Positions 8,685 through 19,038 of a DNA stretch of 64,000 bases are shown here, piece by piece. A model generated the notes under the pieces. That model had not been told where the DNA came from. It did not search any database and saw only the letters and a list, made by a program, of their open reading frames with translations. The stretch comes from Acidobacteriota bacterium (GTDB lineage: Bacteria; Acidobacteriota; UBA6911), in NCBI GenBank assembly GCA_963664705.1, contig OY761556.1:3808001-3872000 (forward strand), written 5' to 3'. Position numbers and translations under genes: made by a program. Position 1 is the stretch's first letter, and every line of letters starts with the position of its first letter.

Positions 8685-10609
8685 GGCCGTGTCTCCCTGG
8701 CCAGCATCCTGGCCTCTTCATGAATGGGAGGAGGAACCGGCTCGCCGGATAAACGACGGACCGCACCGAAACGCGACGGGCAGACCTCAAAGCAGGTCCC
8801 ACAGCTGTTGCATTTTCCCTGGTCAATCACGTGAATCTGGTTTTTACCGCCGCCAATCGCCTGCGTCGGACATTTCCTGAGGCAGATCATGCAGGCCTTG
8901 CACTTCTCCGGATCAATGCAATAGGAAACCAGCTGCTTGCAGACAAACGCCGGGCATTTTTTCCCCTTGATGTGCGCGTCGTATTCGTCGCGGAAATAGC
9001 GAATCGTGCTCAGCACCGGGTTCGGAGCGCTTCCGCCCAGCGCGCACATCGATGCCAGCTTTGTTGTCTCAGCCAGATCCTCCAGAAGCTCAACATCCCC
9101 TTCTTTGCCCTTCCCCTGGCTGATGTTCGTTAAAATTTTGAGCATCTGCCGGATGCCTTCCCGGCACGGCGTGCATTTGCCGCACGATTCCTCGGCTAGA
9201 AAATCCAAAAAATACCTGGCGACATCAATCATGCAGGTATCTTCATCCATCACGATCATGCCGCCCGATCCCATGATGGCGCCCACTTTTGCCAGCTCAT
9301 CAAAATCAACCCCGATATCGAGGAATTGTTCGGGAATGCAACCACCGGAGGGGCCGCCGGTCTGCACCGCCTTGAACTTCTTTCCTTTGGGGATACCACC
9401 GCCTACCCTGTAAATGATGTCCCTCAGAGTAATCCCCATAGGTACTTCGACGAGGCCGGTATTGTTTACCTTGCCGACGAGCGAGAATATTTTCGTCCCC
9501 TTGCTCCGGCCTGTTCCGATCGATGCAAGAAACTCCGGACCATTGTTGATAATCAGCGGAATATTGGCCCATGTTTCAACATTGTTGATATTGGTGGGTT
9601 TTCCGTGGAGTCCTCTTACGGCAGGGAATGGCGGCCGGGGACGAGGTTCGCCTGGCTTTCCTTCAAGCGACATGAGAAGCGCCGTCTCTTCACCGCAGAC
9701 AAACGCCCCTGCCCCCCGATGCACATGAACAGAAAAATTAAAGCCGCTGCCGAGAATATTCTCTCCAAGCAAGCCATACTCTTTGGCTTGCTTAATGGCA
9801 ATCGTGACATTCTCAACGGCTAGCGGGTATTCCTGTCGAACATAAATGTAGCCTTCATTGGCGCCGATGGCATACGCGCCAATTGTGAGGCCCTCCAGAA
9901 CCGCATGCGGATTTCCTTCAAGCAGCGCCCTATCCATGAACGCGCCCGGATCACCCTCGTCCGCATTCACTACAACGTACTTGATGTCACCCGCACTCTT
10001 GCGGGCAAATTCCCACTTCAACCCGGACGGAAATCCGGCACCACCGCGGCCACGCAATCCGGATGACTTTACCCCTTCAATTATTTGCTCCGGCGTCATT
10101 TGAAATAAGGCTTCCATCAACGCGGAATAGCCGCCGACCGCGAAATAGCTGTCGATACTTTTGGGATCAAGTTTGATGTTGTTTCCGAGGAGAAGCCGCC
10201 GTTGATATTTGTAAAAAGGAATTTCTGATTCCTGAACCGACTTTTCGCTGGTAATGGGATCCACATAGAGCAGTCGATCGATGACCTTCCTGTTTACAAT
10301 CGTTTCAGATACGATTTCTGCCGCATCCCTGGCCTGCGCCTGTACATAACAGGTCTCCTCAGGGTAAATCACCATGATGGGCCCGCGTTCACAGAAGCCC
10401 GGGCAGCCCGTTTCCCGAAGATCGACAACCTCCGTATTCAATCCCTTCTTTCTGATCTCACCTCTCAGGGCTGTGACAAGTGCAGTGGCACCCAACGCAA
10501 TGCAGCCGGTTCCAGTACACACGGCAATACAAGCCTTTTGCGGATTGTCTCTGGCGATTAGCTCTTTCCGGAACTCTTCCAGTTCATCGGGCGTATTCAG
10601 CCTTGGCAT
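8681..10609 (-). CDS. bamH: BamH (NuoF-like NAD(H)/FMN-binding subunit)
   Basis: SGLRGRGGAGFP, NADEGDPG, FVCGEETAL, ESCGKCTPCREG, C-terminal 2x[4Fe-4S]. Confidence 0.9.
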   Translation of the reverse strand: MPRLNTPDELEEFRKELIARDNPQKACIAVCTGTGCIALGATALVTALRGEIRKKGLNTEVVDLRETGCPGFCERGPIMVIYPEETCYVQAQARDAAEIVSETIVNRKVIDRLLYVDPITSEKSVQESEIPFYKYQRRLLLGNNIKLDPKSIDSYFAVGGYSALMEALFQMTPEQIIEGVKSSGLRGRGGAGFPSGLKWEFARKSAGDIKYVVVNADEGDPGAFMDRALLEGNPHAVLEGLTIGAYAIGANEGYIYVRQEYPLAVENVTIAIKQAKEYGLLGENILGSGFNFSVHVHRGAGAFVCGEETALLMSLEGKPGEPRPRPPFPAVRGLHGKPTNINNVETWANIPLIINNGPEFLASIGTGRSKGTKIFSLVGKVNNTGLVEVPMGITLRDIIYRVGGGIPKGKKFKAVQTGGPSGGCIPEQFLDIGVDFDELAKVGAIMGSGGMIVMDEDTCMIDVARYFLDFLAEESCGKCTPCREGIRQMLKILTNISQGKGKEGDVELLEDLAETTKLASMCALGGSAPNPVLSTIRYFRDEYDAHIKGKKCPAFVCKQLVSYCIDPEKCKACMICLRKCPTQAIGGGKNQIHVIDQGKCNSCGTCFEVCPSRFGAVRRLSGEPVPPPIHEEARMLARETRP

Positions 10610-10618
10610 ACACAATCC

Positions 10619-11071
10619 TTACTCGTAATGTTTCAGCACCTCTTGAGAGCTCGACGGGGACATCTTTCCGTGATAGTCACCATCGATTACCATCACAGGC
10701 CCCAGTGCGCAGCAACCGACACAGCCCACAGTCTCCAGGCTAAAACGATATTCGGAGTCCGTTTCTCCTGGGCCGACTCCGATCAGATCCTGCACGGAAT
10801 CGAGCAGCCGCGCCGCGCCACGCACGTGGCAGGCTGTACCCGTGCACACATGAATTTCATGGCGGCCTTTCGGGACGAGGCTGAAAGCCTTATAAAAGGT
10901 CACAATGTGCTGAATCCGGCTGAGCGGCACTTTGAGCCTAAGGCTGACCTTTTCAATAGCCTCGTCTGGAAGCCATCGATTCTCGCGTTGAATCTCGAGG
11001 AGAATCTGGATGAGCGAACCGGAATCGTCCGGATACTTCCCGATAATTTCCTCAATCCTTGCGTTGTCCAT
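10619..11071 (-). CDS. bamG: BamG (NuoE-like [2Fe-2S] subunit)
   Basis: CTGTACHVRG and CVGCCALGP motifs. Confidence 0.9.
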   Translation of the reverse strand: MDNARIEEIIGKYPDDSGSLIQILLEIQRENRWLPDEAIEKVSLRLKVPLSRIQHIVTFYKAFSLVPKGRHEIHVCTGTACHVRGAARLLDSVQDLIGVGPGETDSEYRFSLETVGCVGCCALGPVMVIDGDYHGKMSPSSSQEVLKHYE

Positions 11072-11081
11072 ATGTCCTGTT

Positions 11082-11168
11082 ATTTAGATTTCAAATTTCA
11101 GATTACGGATTTCAGATTTCAGATGAAGACCTGTTGATCTGAAATCTGAAGTCTGGAATCGTGAATCG
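11082..11168. repeat. Heptamer inverted array (ATTTCAG)n...(CTGAAAT)n overlapping the bamF 3' end
   Basis: Same 7-mer family as 5872-5960; translates as the TIPDFRFQINRSSSEI tail. Confidence 0.7.
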
Positions 11169-11918
11169 CTTTTGGCTCTCGTCAAATTTCGTCAGGCCCT
11201 GCCTCGCGGAATTATTCAAATGCCTCGCAACAACCGGGGCAGGCATCCCCAGAATTCCCGAAAGCTCTCCAGTCGATCGTGGTTGCTCTTTCAGGAGGGC
11301 TAGGATCTCGGCAATCGTCAGTTTCTCTGCAATGAGTTCCTCGAAGAGCCGCATCACCCCTTCACTGCCGAAGTAGGCCTCATACTCTTCCGCTGAGTTG
11401 CAGCGCGTCCGCAGACGTTCCCTCTCCACCAACCGAATGTATGGAATCAATTTCGTAATTGCTTCCAGCTTGAACCGCAGTGCTCCCTTTTCAATTCCTT
11501 CGCCAGCCCCGATGGGTCCCAACTCGCGCAGCGTCCTTGAAAAGTCATTCATGACTTCAGCGAACCGGATCCCCTCGCCGGCAGAAACCTGTTCAATCCT
11601 CAGTCGTTCAGGATTGAGCCCGATGAGCCCGAGCATCTTCTTGCAAATCTGCACCATCGCATATGCGTGGTGATTGCCATCGGTGATGTAGTGGCACTCG
11701 TTCAGGTGACACCCGCCAATGAATACACCGTCCGATCCATTGGAGAAGGCACGGAAGACAAATGCCAGATCGACACGTCCGCTGCACATGACCCGGATCA
11801 GTTTGATATCGGTTGCGTATTGTTGTCTGGAGACTCCAGCGAGATCGGCAGCGCCGTACGCTCACCAGTTACATACGAAACCAATAACCCTTGGTTTAAA
11901 ATTGGCCTCTGCTCTCAT
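11112..11918 (-). CDS. bamF: BamF (MvhD-like [2Fe-2S] selenoprotein, 268 aa, Sec at codon 19)
   Basis: ATG at 11918 with GAGGGG RBS reads MRAEANFKPRVIGFVCNW-TGA-AYGAADLAG...RVMCSGRVD, in frame with ORF 11112..11789; TGA at 11862-11864 occupies the second Cys/Sec position of the MvhD CxxC/U motif. Confidence 0.9.
11815..11861 (-). promoter_or_regulatory. Candidate bacterial SECIS element
   Basis: After the UGA: GCGTA...TACGC base pairing and an apical CTGGA-GTC-TCCAG hairpin whose loop starts about 27 nt downstream. Confidence 0.55.
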
Positions 11919-11960
11919 TTTGGCCCCTCACTTAACATTTCACGTTGGACGTTGGAACGC

Positions 11961-14900
11961 TTATGCCACAAAAAGCGCAGCATCGATCTGATCAATAATG
12001 GCCTCATCCGTGTAATGCTTCAGAACAATTGCGCCGGTTGCGCATTTTGTGTTGCAAAGCCCATCCCCCTTGCAGAGGATAGGATTTACCTTTGCCTTCC
12101 GCCCCTTTTCCGATTGGTAAAACTCAATGGCACCATAGGTACACGCGGTGATGCAGGCGCCGCACGACACACACAGGTCCTCGTTAACATCACACACGGA
12201 TCCCGAAGCCGTGACAGTGTCATGCGAGAGCAATGTAACGGCTCGCCCTGCAGCTCCATAAGCCTGGCTGACCGCTTCGGTAATATGCTTCGGGTAATGT
12301 GCAGTCCCACACAAATACACGCCCTCGGCCCCAAAATCGACGGGGCGCAACTTGACATGCGCTTCCTGGAAAAACCCGTCAGGATTCAAAGTAACCTTGA
12401 ACAGCGCAGCAATTTCCTTATTCCCTGAAGAGGGAATGACCGCCGCGGCCAATACGAGCGCATCGGCGTCGATCCCAAGCTCTGTTCCTAAAATGGGATC
12501 CGGCACCGTCACCCGCAGTACGCTTCGGCCATTCTCCTCAACAGCGTCCACTTGAGGCTTTGCATCTGCCTCGTAGCGGATAAATCGCACATTCCGGTTG
12601 GATGCTTCGCGGTAATAGTCCTCGCGAAAGCCATACGCGCGAATATCCCGAAAAAGGACATAGACATCCGCGGCCGGGTTGATTTCTTTGAGTTTTAAAG
12701 CGTTTTTAATGGCATGGCTGCAGCAGATGCGCGCGCAATAATTGCGATCCTCCTGCCTGCAGCCCACACACTGAATCATTGCTATCGTTTGAGCGCCGGA
12801 AATGCGTTCATCATTTCGCGCTATTCTCTCTTCCAGTTCAAGCTGCGTTAGCACTCTGTCGTTCTGTCCATACAGGTACTCAGTCGGCTTGTATTCATCC
12901 GATCCGGTGGCAAGCACCGTGACGCCGTGCTTAATGCGCAAAATTGTGCCTCTGGACTTGAGAGTGGTAACAAAATTTCCGACATAGCCTGCATTCTCAG
13001 TAATTGTTGTGCCGGTATAGACGTGAACGAGAGGATGTCGATATACCTGACTGACAATTCCCGTGAGATAGGCCTGAACATCCAAGCCTTCCAGTGTGTA
13101 GTGAATTCTCCGGGCAACGCCGCCAAGGTCTTCCTCTCTTTCCACGAGGTACACTTCATATCCCTGGTTGGCGATACTCAACGCGCTGCTCATCCCCGCG
13201 AGCCCTCCGCCCACCACCAGGGCTTTCTTATTCACAGGAAGATCAAACTCCTGCAATGGTTCCAGGTGAGTAGCGCGGGCAACGGCCATTCGGATAATGT
13301 CCTTGGCCTTTCGCGTCGCATCTTCCTTTTCCTTGGAATGAACCCACGAACAGTGCTCCCGGATATTCGCCATGTCGTAGAAGTACTGATTGATTCCTGC
13401 TTCACGGAGCGTATCGCGGAAAAGCGGTTCATGCGTACGCGGAGTGCAGGCTGCGACCACGACGCGGTTAAGTCCTTTCTCGCGGATGGAGGTCGCAAGT
13501 CTTTGCGCGGCATCCGTCGAACAGATAAAGAGGCTCTCTTCTGCGTGAGCAACATTGGGCAGGCTCAATGCATATTCAACGGCAGAGGGAACATTGACGA
13601 CCCGTCCGATGTTGGCGCCACAGTGGCACACATAAACGCCGACTTTGGGTTCCTCCTTGGAGACATCCCGTTCCGGCGGATACACTCTCTGCTCCGCAAG
13701 CTTGCCCCTGCGGTACCCAAGGAGTTCCCCGCATTGTGATCCCGCGCCGCAGGCAGTCACAACCGATTCAGGAATATCGATAGGCCCTTGAAAGGCGCCG
13801 CTGATGAAGATGCCAGGGCGCGAGGTCTTCATCGGATTCACAGGATCTGTCTGGCAGAACCCATGGCTGTTCAAATCAATGCCAAACTTGGCAGCCAAAC
13901 CCTGGAAATCTTTGGGAGGATTCAATCCGACCGAAAGCACAACCATGTCGAACTCTTCCTCTTTTACTCCCTCATCCGGCGTGGAATAGCGGATTGTTAC
14001 GTTTTTGCTTCCGGGAATTTCCTTTCCAATGGACGTATAGCTCCGGATAAACCGGATACCGGGCAGCTTTTCGGCTCTCTGGTAGAAGCGCTCGAAATCC
14101 TTTCCATAGGATCGAATATCGTTGTGAAAAATGGTGCACTCTGCCTCCGCGTCGTGGTCCTTTGTGAGGATCACCTGCTTCTGAGTATAGGTGCAGCAGA
14201 CCGCGGAGCAGTAACTGCGCCCGCCGGGAATCACCTGGCGGGATCCGACGCAATGAACCCATGCAATTTTGTGCGGATGTTTTTTATCCGTCACGCGCCG
14301 GATTTCTCCCTCATAGGGACCGGTGGCACAGAGCAGCCGTTCATAGTCCAGGCTGGTTACTACGTTTTCATACTTGCCGTAACCGTAATCTTCGCGCAGC
14401 TTCGGGTCGAACGGCTCAAAACCAGGGGAGAGGATGATGGCGCCAACCTTGACCTCCATCTTTTCTGTGGTCTGATGGAAATCGATCGCGTTGTTTTTAC
14501 AGACGCTCGTGCAGATTGTGCATTTCTGCTCTTTAAGATATAGACAACTGTCATCTATATACGTAACCAGCGGGATAGCCTGCGAAAAATATATGTGGAT
14601 GGCCTTATTGGAGGAAATGTCCTGGTTGAAGGGATCAGGGTATTTGACCGGGCAATACTCGACACACACCGTGCAGCCGGTGCAGCGCTCTTCAACAACA
14701 TACCGAGGCCTCTTGGCCAGGGTAACCCTGAAATCACCGGCTTTGCCTTCGACGCTGTCCACTTCCGTGTAGGTCAGGATCTCAATATTCGGATGACGGC
14801 TGCACTCCACGAATTTAGGAGATTCGATACACATCGAGCAGTCATTGGTAGGAAATGTCTTGTCAAGTTGAGACATATGCCCGCCAATGGTGGGAGACTT

Positions 14901-15029
14901 CTCAACCAGGTAAACCTTGAAGCCGGCTGTGGCAAGGTCAAGGGCAGCCTGAATCCCGCTGATTCCGCCGCCCACTACCATGACATCTCCGTAATTACCG
15001 TTTGGGCTCAACCTCACTTCATTTGCCAC
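11961..15029 (-). CDS. bamE: BamE (HdrA-like flavin electron-bifurcating subunit)
   Basis: Two FAD-binding GGG motifs, LDKTFPTNDCSMC, CVGSR..YCSAVCC, VCHCGANI, AACTPRTHE, NIREHCSWVH, C-terminal ferredoxin. Confidence 0.92.
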   Translation of the reverse strand: MANEVRLSPNGNYGDVMVVGGGISGIQAALDLATAGFKVYLVEKSPTIGGHMSQLDKTFPTNDCSMCIESPKFVECSRHPNIEILTYTEVDSVEGKAGDFRVTLAKRPRYVVEERCTGCTVCVEYCPVKYPDPFNQDISSNKAIHIYFSQAIPLVTYIDDSCLYLKEQKCTICTSVCKNNAIDFHQTTEKMEVKVGAIILSPGFEPFDPKLREDYGYGKYENVVTSLDYERLLCATGPYEGEIRRVTDKKHPHKIAWVHCVGSRQVIPGGRSYCSAVCCTYTQKQVILTKDHDAEAECTIFHNDIRSYGKDFERFYQRAEKLPGIRFIRSYTSIGKEIPGSKNVTIRYSTPDEGVKEEEFDMVVLSVGLNPPKDFQGLAAKFGIDLNSHGFCQTDPVNPMKTSRPGIFISGAFQGPIDIPESVVTACGAGSQCGELLGYRRGKLAEQRVYPPERDVSKEEPKVGVYVCHCGANIGRVVNVPSAVEYALSLPNVAHAEESLFICSTDAAQRLATSIREKGLNRVVVAACTPRTHEPLFRDTLREAGINQYFYDMANIREHCSWVHSKEKEDATRKAKDIIRMAVARATHLEPLQEFDLPVNKKALVVGGGLAGMSSALSIANQGYEVYLVEREEDLGGVARRIHYTLEGLDVQAYLTGIVSQVYRHPLVHVYTGTTITENAGYVGNFVTTLKSRGTILRIKHGVTVLATGSDEYKPTEYLYGQNDRVLTQLELEERIARNDERISGAQTIAMIQCVGCRQEDRNYCARICCSHAIKNALKLKEINPAADVYVLFRDIRAYGFREDYYREASNRNVRFIRYEADAKPQVDAVEENGRSVLRVTVPDPILGTELGIDADALVLAAAVIPSSGNKEIAALFKVTLNPDGFFQEAHVKLRPVDFGAEGVYLCGTAHYPKHITEAVSQAYGAAGRAVTLLSHDTVTASGSVCDVNEDLCVSCGACITACTYGAIEFYQSEKGRKAKVNPILCKGDGLCNTKCATGAIVLKHYTDEAIIDQIDAALFVA

Positions 15030-15078
15030 GTTGCTTTGTCTCCAATGCCTTTTCGCCCCAGCTGGCTCTCCGGCCCCG

Positions 15079-16230
15079 CTAGATGAGTGGCTCGATAATC
15101 TCGGTGATTTCCTTCACCTCAATCGCATCGCTGTCATCACGATTCATTCGGCTGTCTTCAAAATTCGTAATGCAGTAAGGACAGGCTGTAACCAGAGTCC
15201 GGGCTCCAGTCTCAACAGCCTGTGCCAACCGGAGATCGGAAAACCGCTCTCCTTTCGGCGTTTCCATCCAGATTCGTCCTCCGCCGCCCCCGCAGCACAT
15301 GCTGTCCACTCTGGCATCCGGCATTTCGCGCACTTGAAGCCCGGGAATCCTTTTCAGAATTTCCCTCGGCTGTTCGTAAATGCCATTGTGCCGTCCGAGA
15401 TAGCATGGATCATGGTAGGTAGCCGATGCCTCCAGGCTTCCATTCAACTGAAGCCTTCCGGAATCCATCAGTTCCAATAAAAACTGACTGATATGCACAA
15501 CCTCAAAGTGAACCTTGAATTCCGCATACTCATTCTTGAAGGCCTGATAGCAATGGGGGGATGAGACCAATATCTTCTTCACGCCGGCATCGATGAAGGT
15601 TTTGATGTTCTCCTTGGCCAGTTTACGGAACAAATTTTCGTCGCCGGCCTTGCGGATGCTTTCACCGCAACAGCTTTCCTGCTCGCCGAGGATACCGAAT
15701 TTCACGCCCGCCTTATTGAGGATACTGACTGTGGATTTGGCCGCTCTTTTTAGCCTCGCATCGTAACTGAGATAGCAGCAGGGGAAATACAGGAGTTCCA
15801 TGCCCTCTTCAAAAAGGCTTACATTCAGGCCCCAGGCCCAGTTTGCACGTTTGGCTCTTTCCTCGCTGAGTGGATTCCCGACGCCGCTCAGGCTTGCGCT
15901 GACACCGCGGATGGGACGAACGGAATTCGGAAAAACTCCAAATTCAGTGGCAACACGTCGGGATGCAACTCCGACTTCAATGATTCCAACACCTCGCGGG
16001 CACCGCTGGGGACACCGGCCACAGGTTGTACAGCGCCAGATTTCCTCGGTTTCAATTTCCGTCAGTCCGAATGTTGCCTGACGGATAAGACGGCGCATGC
16101 TGAAAGAGCGAACGCGGTTCCACGGGCAAACGGTGTCGCACAGTCCGCACTGATAGCAGTATTTGAAGGCTTCGCCGCCCTGGGCGCGTATGCTATCGAC
16201 GATTTCCTTGTAGTCGGCTACATTTTCCAC
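15079..16230 (-). CDS. bamD: BamD (HdrB/C/D-like CCG-domain Fe-S protein)
   Basis: CYQCGLCDTVCP, CTTCGRCPQRCPRG, ESCCG, YHDPCYLGR, CCGGGGG, TACPYC. Confidence 0.9.
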   Translation of the reverse strand: MENVADYKEIVDSIRAQGGEAFKYCYQCGLCDTVCPWNRVRSFSMRRLIRQATFGLTEIETEEIWRCTTCGRCPQRCPRGVGIIEVGVASRRVATEFGVFPNSVRPIRGVSASLSGVGNPLSEERAKRANWAWGLNVSLFEEGMELLYFPCCYLSYDARLKRAAKSTVSILNKAGVKFGILGEQESCCGESIRKAGDENLFRKLAKENIKTFIDAGVKKILVSSPHCYQAFKNEYAEFKVHFEVVHISQFLLELMDSGRLQLNGSLEASATYHDPCYLGRHNGIYEQPREILKRIPGLQVREMPDARVDSMCCGGGGGRIWMETPKGERFSDLRLAQAVETGARTLVTACPYCITNFEDSRMNRDDSDAIEVKEITEIIEPLI

Positions 16231-16281
16231 TTTGCATTCCTATTTTGCGCGAGCCCCACCGAGACGGCGGAGTTCCCTGCT

Positions 16282-16821
16282 TTAGCCCTTCTTCGACATT
16301 CGAGCGATGGCGTCCATCACCTGCTGCAATCCGTACTTCCTGGCCAGGGCCTCAAGGCCGATTTCCATTTCCTGTGGCTTTTCCGTTTCCTCGACTTCCT
16401 CTTCCCGCTCCTCGTAAATCAGTGCCTTGTTGAGACACCACTGCACGCACATCGGTTCTGCAAGCGGCGGATCCGATTCGCACATATCGCACTTCAGCGG
16501 CAAGCCAGAATCCGGCTCTCGAAAGATATCCCTGGAGGAGCAGGAAGCGCGGCAGAAGCCGCATTCGTCATACTCCTTTCCGTCAATGATGTAGACATCT
16601 CTGCCCATACATTCGGCGGGCGCATGTTCTCCGGCATACACAGGGATGAACACATCGCGCAGAGGATCCCGCATCATCCGGATTCGCGACCGCGCAGGGT
16701 TGTTGCTGCTGTATTTCGGCGTCGCGTGGAAAGCGGAGCAGATCACTTCGCAGGCCCTGCAGCCATTGCATTTGTCCGCGTCAATCCGGATCATTTTGAT
16801 TTTTTTCCTGACTTTACCCAT
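16282..16821 (-). CDS. bamC: BamC (electron-transfer Fe-S subunit)
   Basis: CNGCRACEVICS, CGFCRASC, KCDMC...PMCVQWC; ATG at 16821 overlaps the bamB stop. Confidence 0.9.
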   Translation of the reverse strand: MGKVRKKIKMIRIDADKCNGCRACEVICSAFHATPKYSSNNPARSRIRMMRDPLRDVFIPVYAGEHAPAECMGRDVYIIDGKEYDECGFCRASCSSRDIFREPDSGLPLKCDMCESDPPLAEPMCVQWCLNKALIYEEREEEVEETEKPQEMEIGLEALARKYGLQQVMDAIARMSKKG

Positions 16822-18775
16822 TTTGAATAATCCCTCTCTGCTGCAGGTCGTCGGCAATGTACGTCATATCCAGTTCTTTCAGTGACTCCCGGGTGGGAAT
16901 GCCCTGTTCGTCCCAGCCCTTAAAACTGTAATAGGAATCGAGCAGCTGTTTCTCCAGTTCGGGAAAACGCTTTTTCCAGTGGTCTTCGGGCGGGACTTCG
17001 TCGGATCTTCTCATCCCTTTGCGGATGTTTACGGCTCTGAGCAGCGTGCGATTTCTCTTTGTAATCTTCATCAGCCCGGCTTCATCGATATCCATTCCGG
17101 TGGCTGCGGAAATGAAGGATGGGTAGTTGTGAATATGGTACGGCGGCTTCAGTGGGAATGAAGACAGGCCCGCACACATGCCCATGGCATCATCGACGTA
17201 GTGCATCATCTCCTGCCAGTCGACGATATCGCAGCTCGCTGCAACATCCGGGTAATTGGGGTTGGAGTACTCGCCGCGCATCTCCCACTTGAGGACATAT
17301 TCCTTGAATCGGTTGTCCGGAACCTGAACCCAGTCCTTTACAAAATCTTCCCTCTCCTGGATGGTCGGAAAGGGTGCCTGCGGGAACTGTCCTTCGATCT
17401 GGGTAATGTTGATCTTCTCCCCTGTGGAATACATCAGGAAGTAAACGGGATTCAGCATCCCGAGTTTAAGCGGAAGCTGCTCCTGCTTCTTGATGTTGTT
17501 ATGAGCGAATTCCTCGGCACCACTGCCGATCTGTTTGGCCGCCCAGTAAGTTCCATTGGCAAGGACATCTCCGATTCCTTCGCGCCGGACGATCCGGTCC
17601 AGCAGCCAATAGAATCGGCCTTCGTTGTCAGAAGGCATCCCCTCGAACTGCTCAGGTTTCAGGATGCCGGCTTCGAGCAGCTCGAGCCCAAAAGCCATTA
17701 CTTGCGGCGCGGAAAAGCCGTCAACGCCGTACTCCGTAGCCCGTTGGGCAATTTTGAAACCAAAGTCGAGGTCTGCATACGCTGCCATCGTGTAGGTGAG
17801 TTTTGTGAAGCATTTCATCATGTACGTGGAGATGCCCGGCACCGCGATCGTCGCGCCGCATTTCATCGGACAGTTGTAGCAGCTGATCAATCGCTTTCGG
17901 ACTGCAGTTTGTGTTTCTTCCCACTTCTTTTCGACTTCCTTCGTCCAGAAGTCCTTGCGGCGCGTGCGGGAATTCCCCCACATGAAGTTTGTGGTGTGCC
18001 ACTCTTCATCAATGAGCTTCATTTCCTGCGGCGAACCAAGACCGGCAAGAATCGGCATGACACCCGGGATCGGCTTATCTTCACGATCCCTGATGTATTG
18101 GAGAACCTGCTGGCAAAGCCCATGGAATTCCGCTGGCTTGGCAAGGTTGACATCTTTGGTGCCGCGAACCGCAATCGCCTTGATGCCCTTATCACCCATA
18201 ACGGCACCAATCCCGCCACGGCTTGCACTTGAGCGTCCCTGCTCGATCGAAGCAAAGTAGACCCTGTGTTCACCCGCCATCCCGATAGCCGCAACCTGGG
18301 CCCGAGGTTCCTTCAGTTCCCGGCGAATCTCCTCCGCCGTTTCATTGGCACCCTTGCCTCGCAGATGCGTTGCATCGCGTATTTCAACCTTATCATTATT
18401 GATCCAGATGTAGACGAGGTTGGGCGACTTGCCGCGAAAAATGACCTTGTCATAGCCCGCATATTTCAATTCGGGCGCCCAGAATCCGCCCATCATGGAG
18501 TAGGCGGTAAAAAGCGTCTGCGGTGAAAAAGTCGTAACGATCGTACGATTCGCACCGGGCGCCGGAGTGGCGCAGAGAAGACCCGTGCTGAAAATCAGAA
18601 GATTATCCGGAGAGAAAGCATCCGTATCAGGGGGGACCCGATCCCACAGAATCTTGGTGCTTGTTCCCAAGCCTCCGAGATGCATTTCGGTCAGTTTGGG
18701 ATCTGTTTCGACACGATCGATGCTCCCTCTGGATAGATCTATTTCCAGGTTAAACCCTGTCTCCCCATACCTCAT
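16814..18775 (-). CDS. bamB: BamB, tungsten-pterin active-site subunit of class II benzoyl-CoA reductase (AOR family)
   Basis: 653 aa; MRYGETG start, ASIEQGRSSASRGG, SCYNCPMKC, MMKCFTKL (Cys322), EKINITQIEGQFPQ, LSSFPLKPPYHIHNY; closely matches the recalled Geobacter BamB sequence. Confidence 0.95.
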   Translation of the reverse strand: MRYGETGFNLEIDLSRGSIDRVETDPKLTEMHLGGLGTSTKILWDRVPPDTDAFSPDNLLIFSTGLLCATPAPGANRTIVTTFSPQTLFTAYSMMGGFWAPELKYAGYDKVIFRGKSPNLVYIWINNDKVEIRDATHLRGKGANETAEEIRRELKEPRAQVAAIGMAGEHRVYFASIEQGRSSASRGGIGAVMGDKGIKAIAVRGTKDVNLAKPAEFHGLCQQVLQYIRDREDKPIPGVMPILAGLGSPQEMKLIDEEWHTTNFMWGNSRTRRKDFWTKEVEKKWEETQTAVRKRLISCYNCPMKCGATIAVPGISTYMMKCFTKLTYTMAAYADLDFGFKIAQRATEYGVDGFSAPQVMAFGLELLEAGILKPEQFEGMPSDNEGRFYWLLDRIVRREGIGDVLANGTYWAAKQIGSGAEEFAHNNIKKQEQLPLKLGMLNPVYFLMYSTGEKINITQIEGQFPQAPFPTIQEREDFVKDWVQVPDNRFKEYVLKWEMRGEYSNPNYPDVAASCDIVDWQEMMHYVDDAMGMCAGLSSFPLKPPYHIHNYPSFISAATGMDIDEAGLMKITKRNRTLLRAVNIRKGMRRSDEVPPEDHWKKRFPELEKQLLDSYYSFKGWDEQGIPTRESLKELDMTYIADDLQQRGIIQNG

Positions 18776-18865
18776 TCTGCAGCCCCCTGTTTGGACACGT
18801 ATCCCGCCGGAAAAGCCCGGAGCACAGCCACCCTCGCCGATGCCGCATATTGTCTGTCGGAAGCA

Positions 18866-18953
18866 AAGACCTTGGAGCGCGGTGGTTTGCCACCGCCTTC
18901 ACTCTTTTGTGGTCTTTTAAAGGCGGCGGCAAGCTGCCGCACTCCAAGGTCTT
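18866..18953. repeat. REP doublet, family A
   Basis: AAGACCTTGGAG...CTCCAAGGTCTT terminal inverted repeat with GGCGGCAAGCTGCCGCACTCC. Confidence 0.75.
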
Positions 18954-19038
18954 CGCCCTAGGCAAATAATAGGCGGGACGCCGGCACTCCGGCTCCAAGG
19001 TCGCACAAAGCCCCTAAGCGTACCTGCGTTGGAGAAGG

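Noticed and set aside
8091-11071. NuoEFG-like genes as respiratory complex I or a hydrogenase
   Set aside because: No membrane nuo genes or H-cluster/NiFe subunit; the position identifies them as bamGHI
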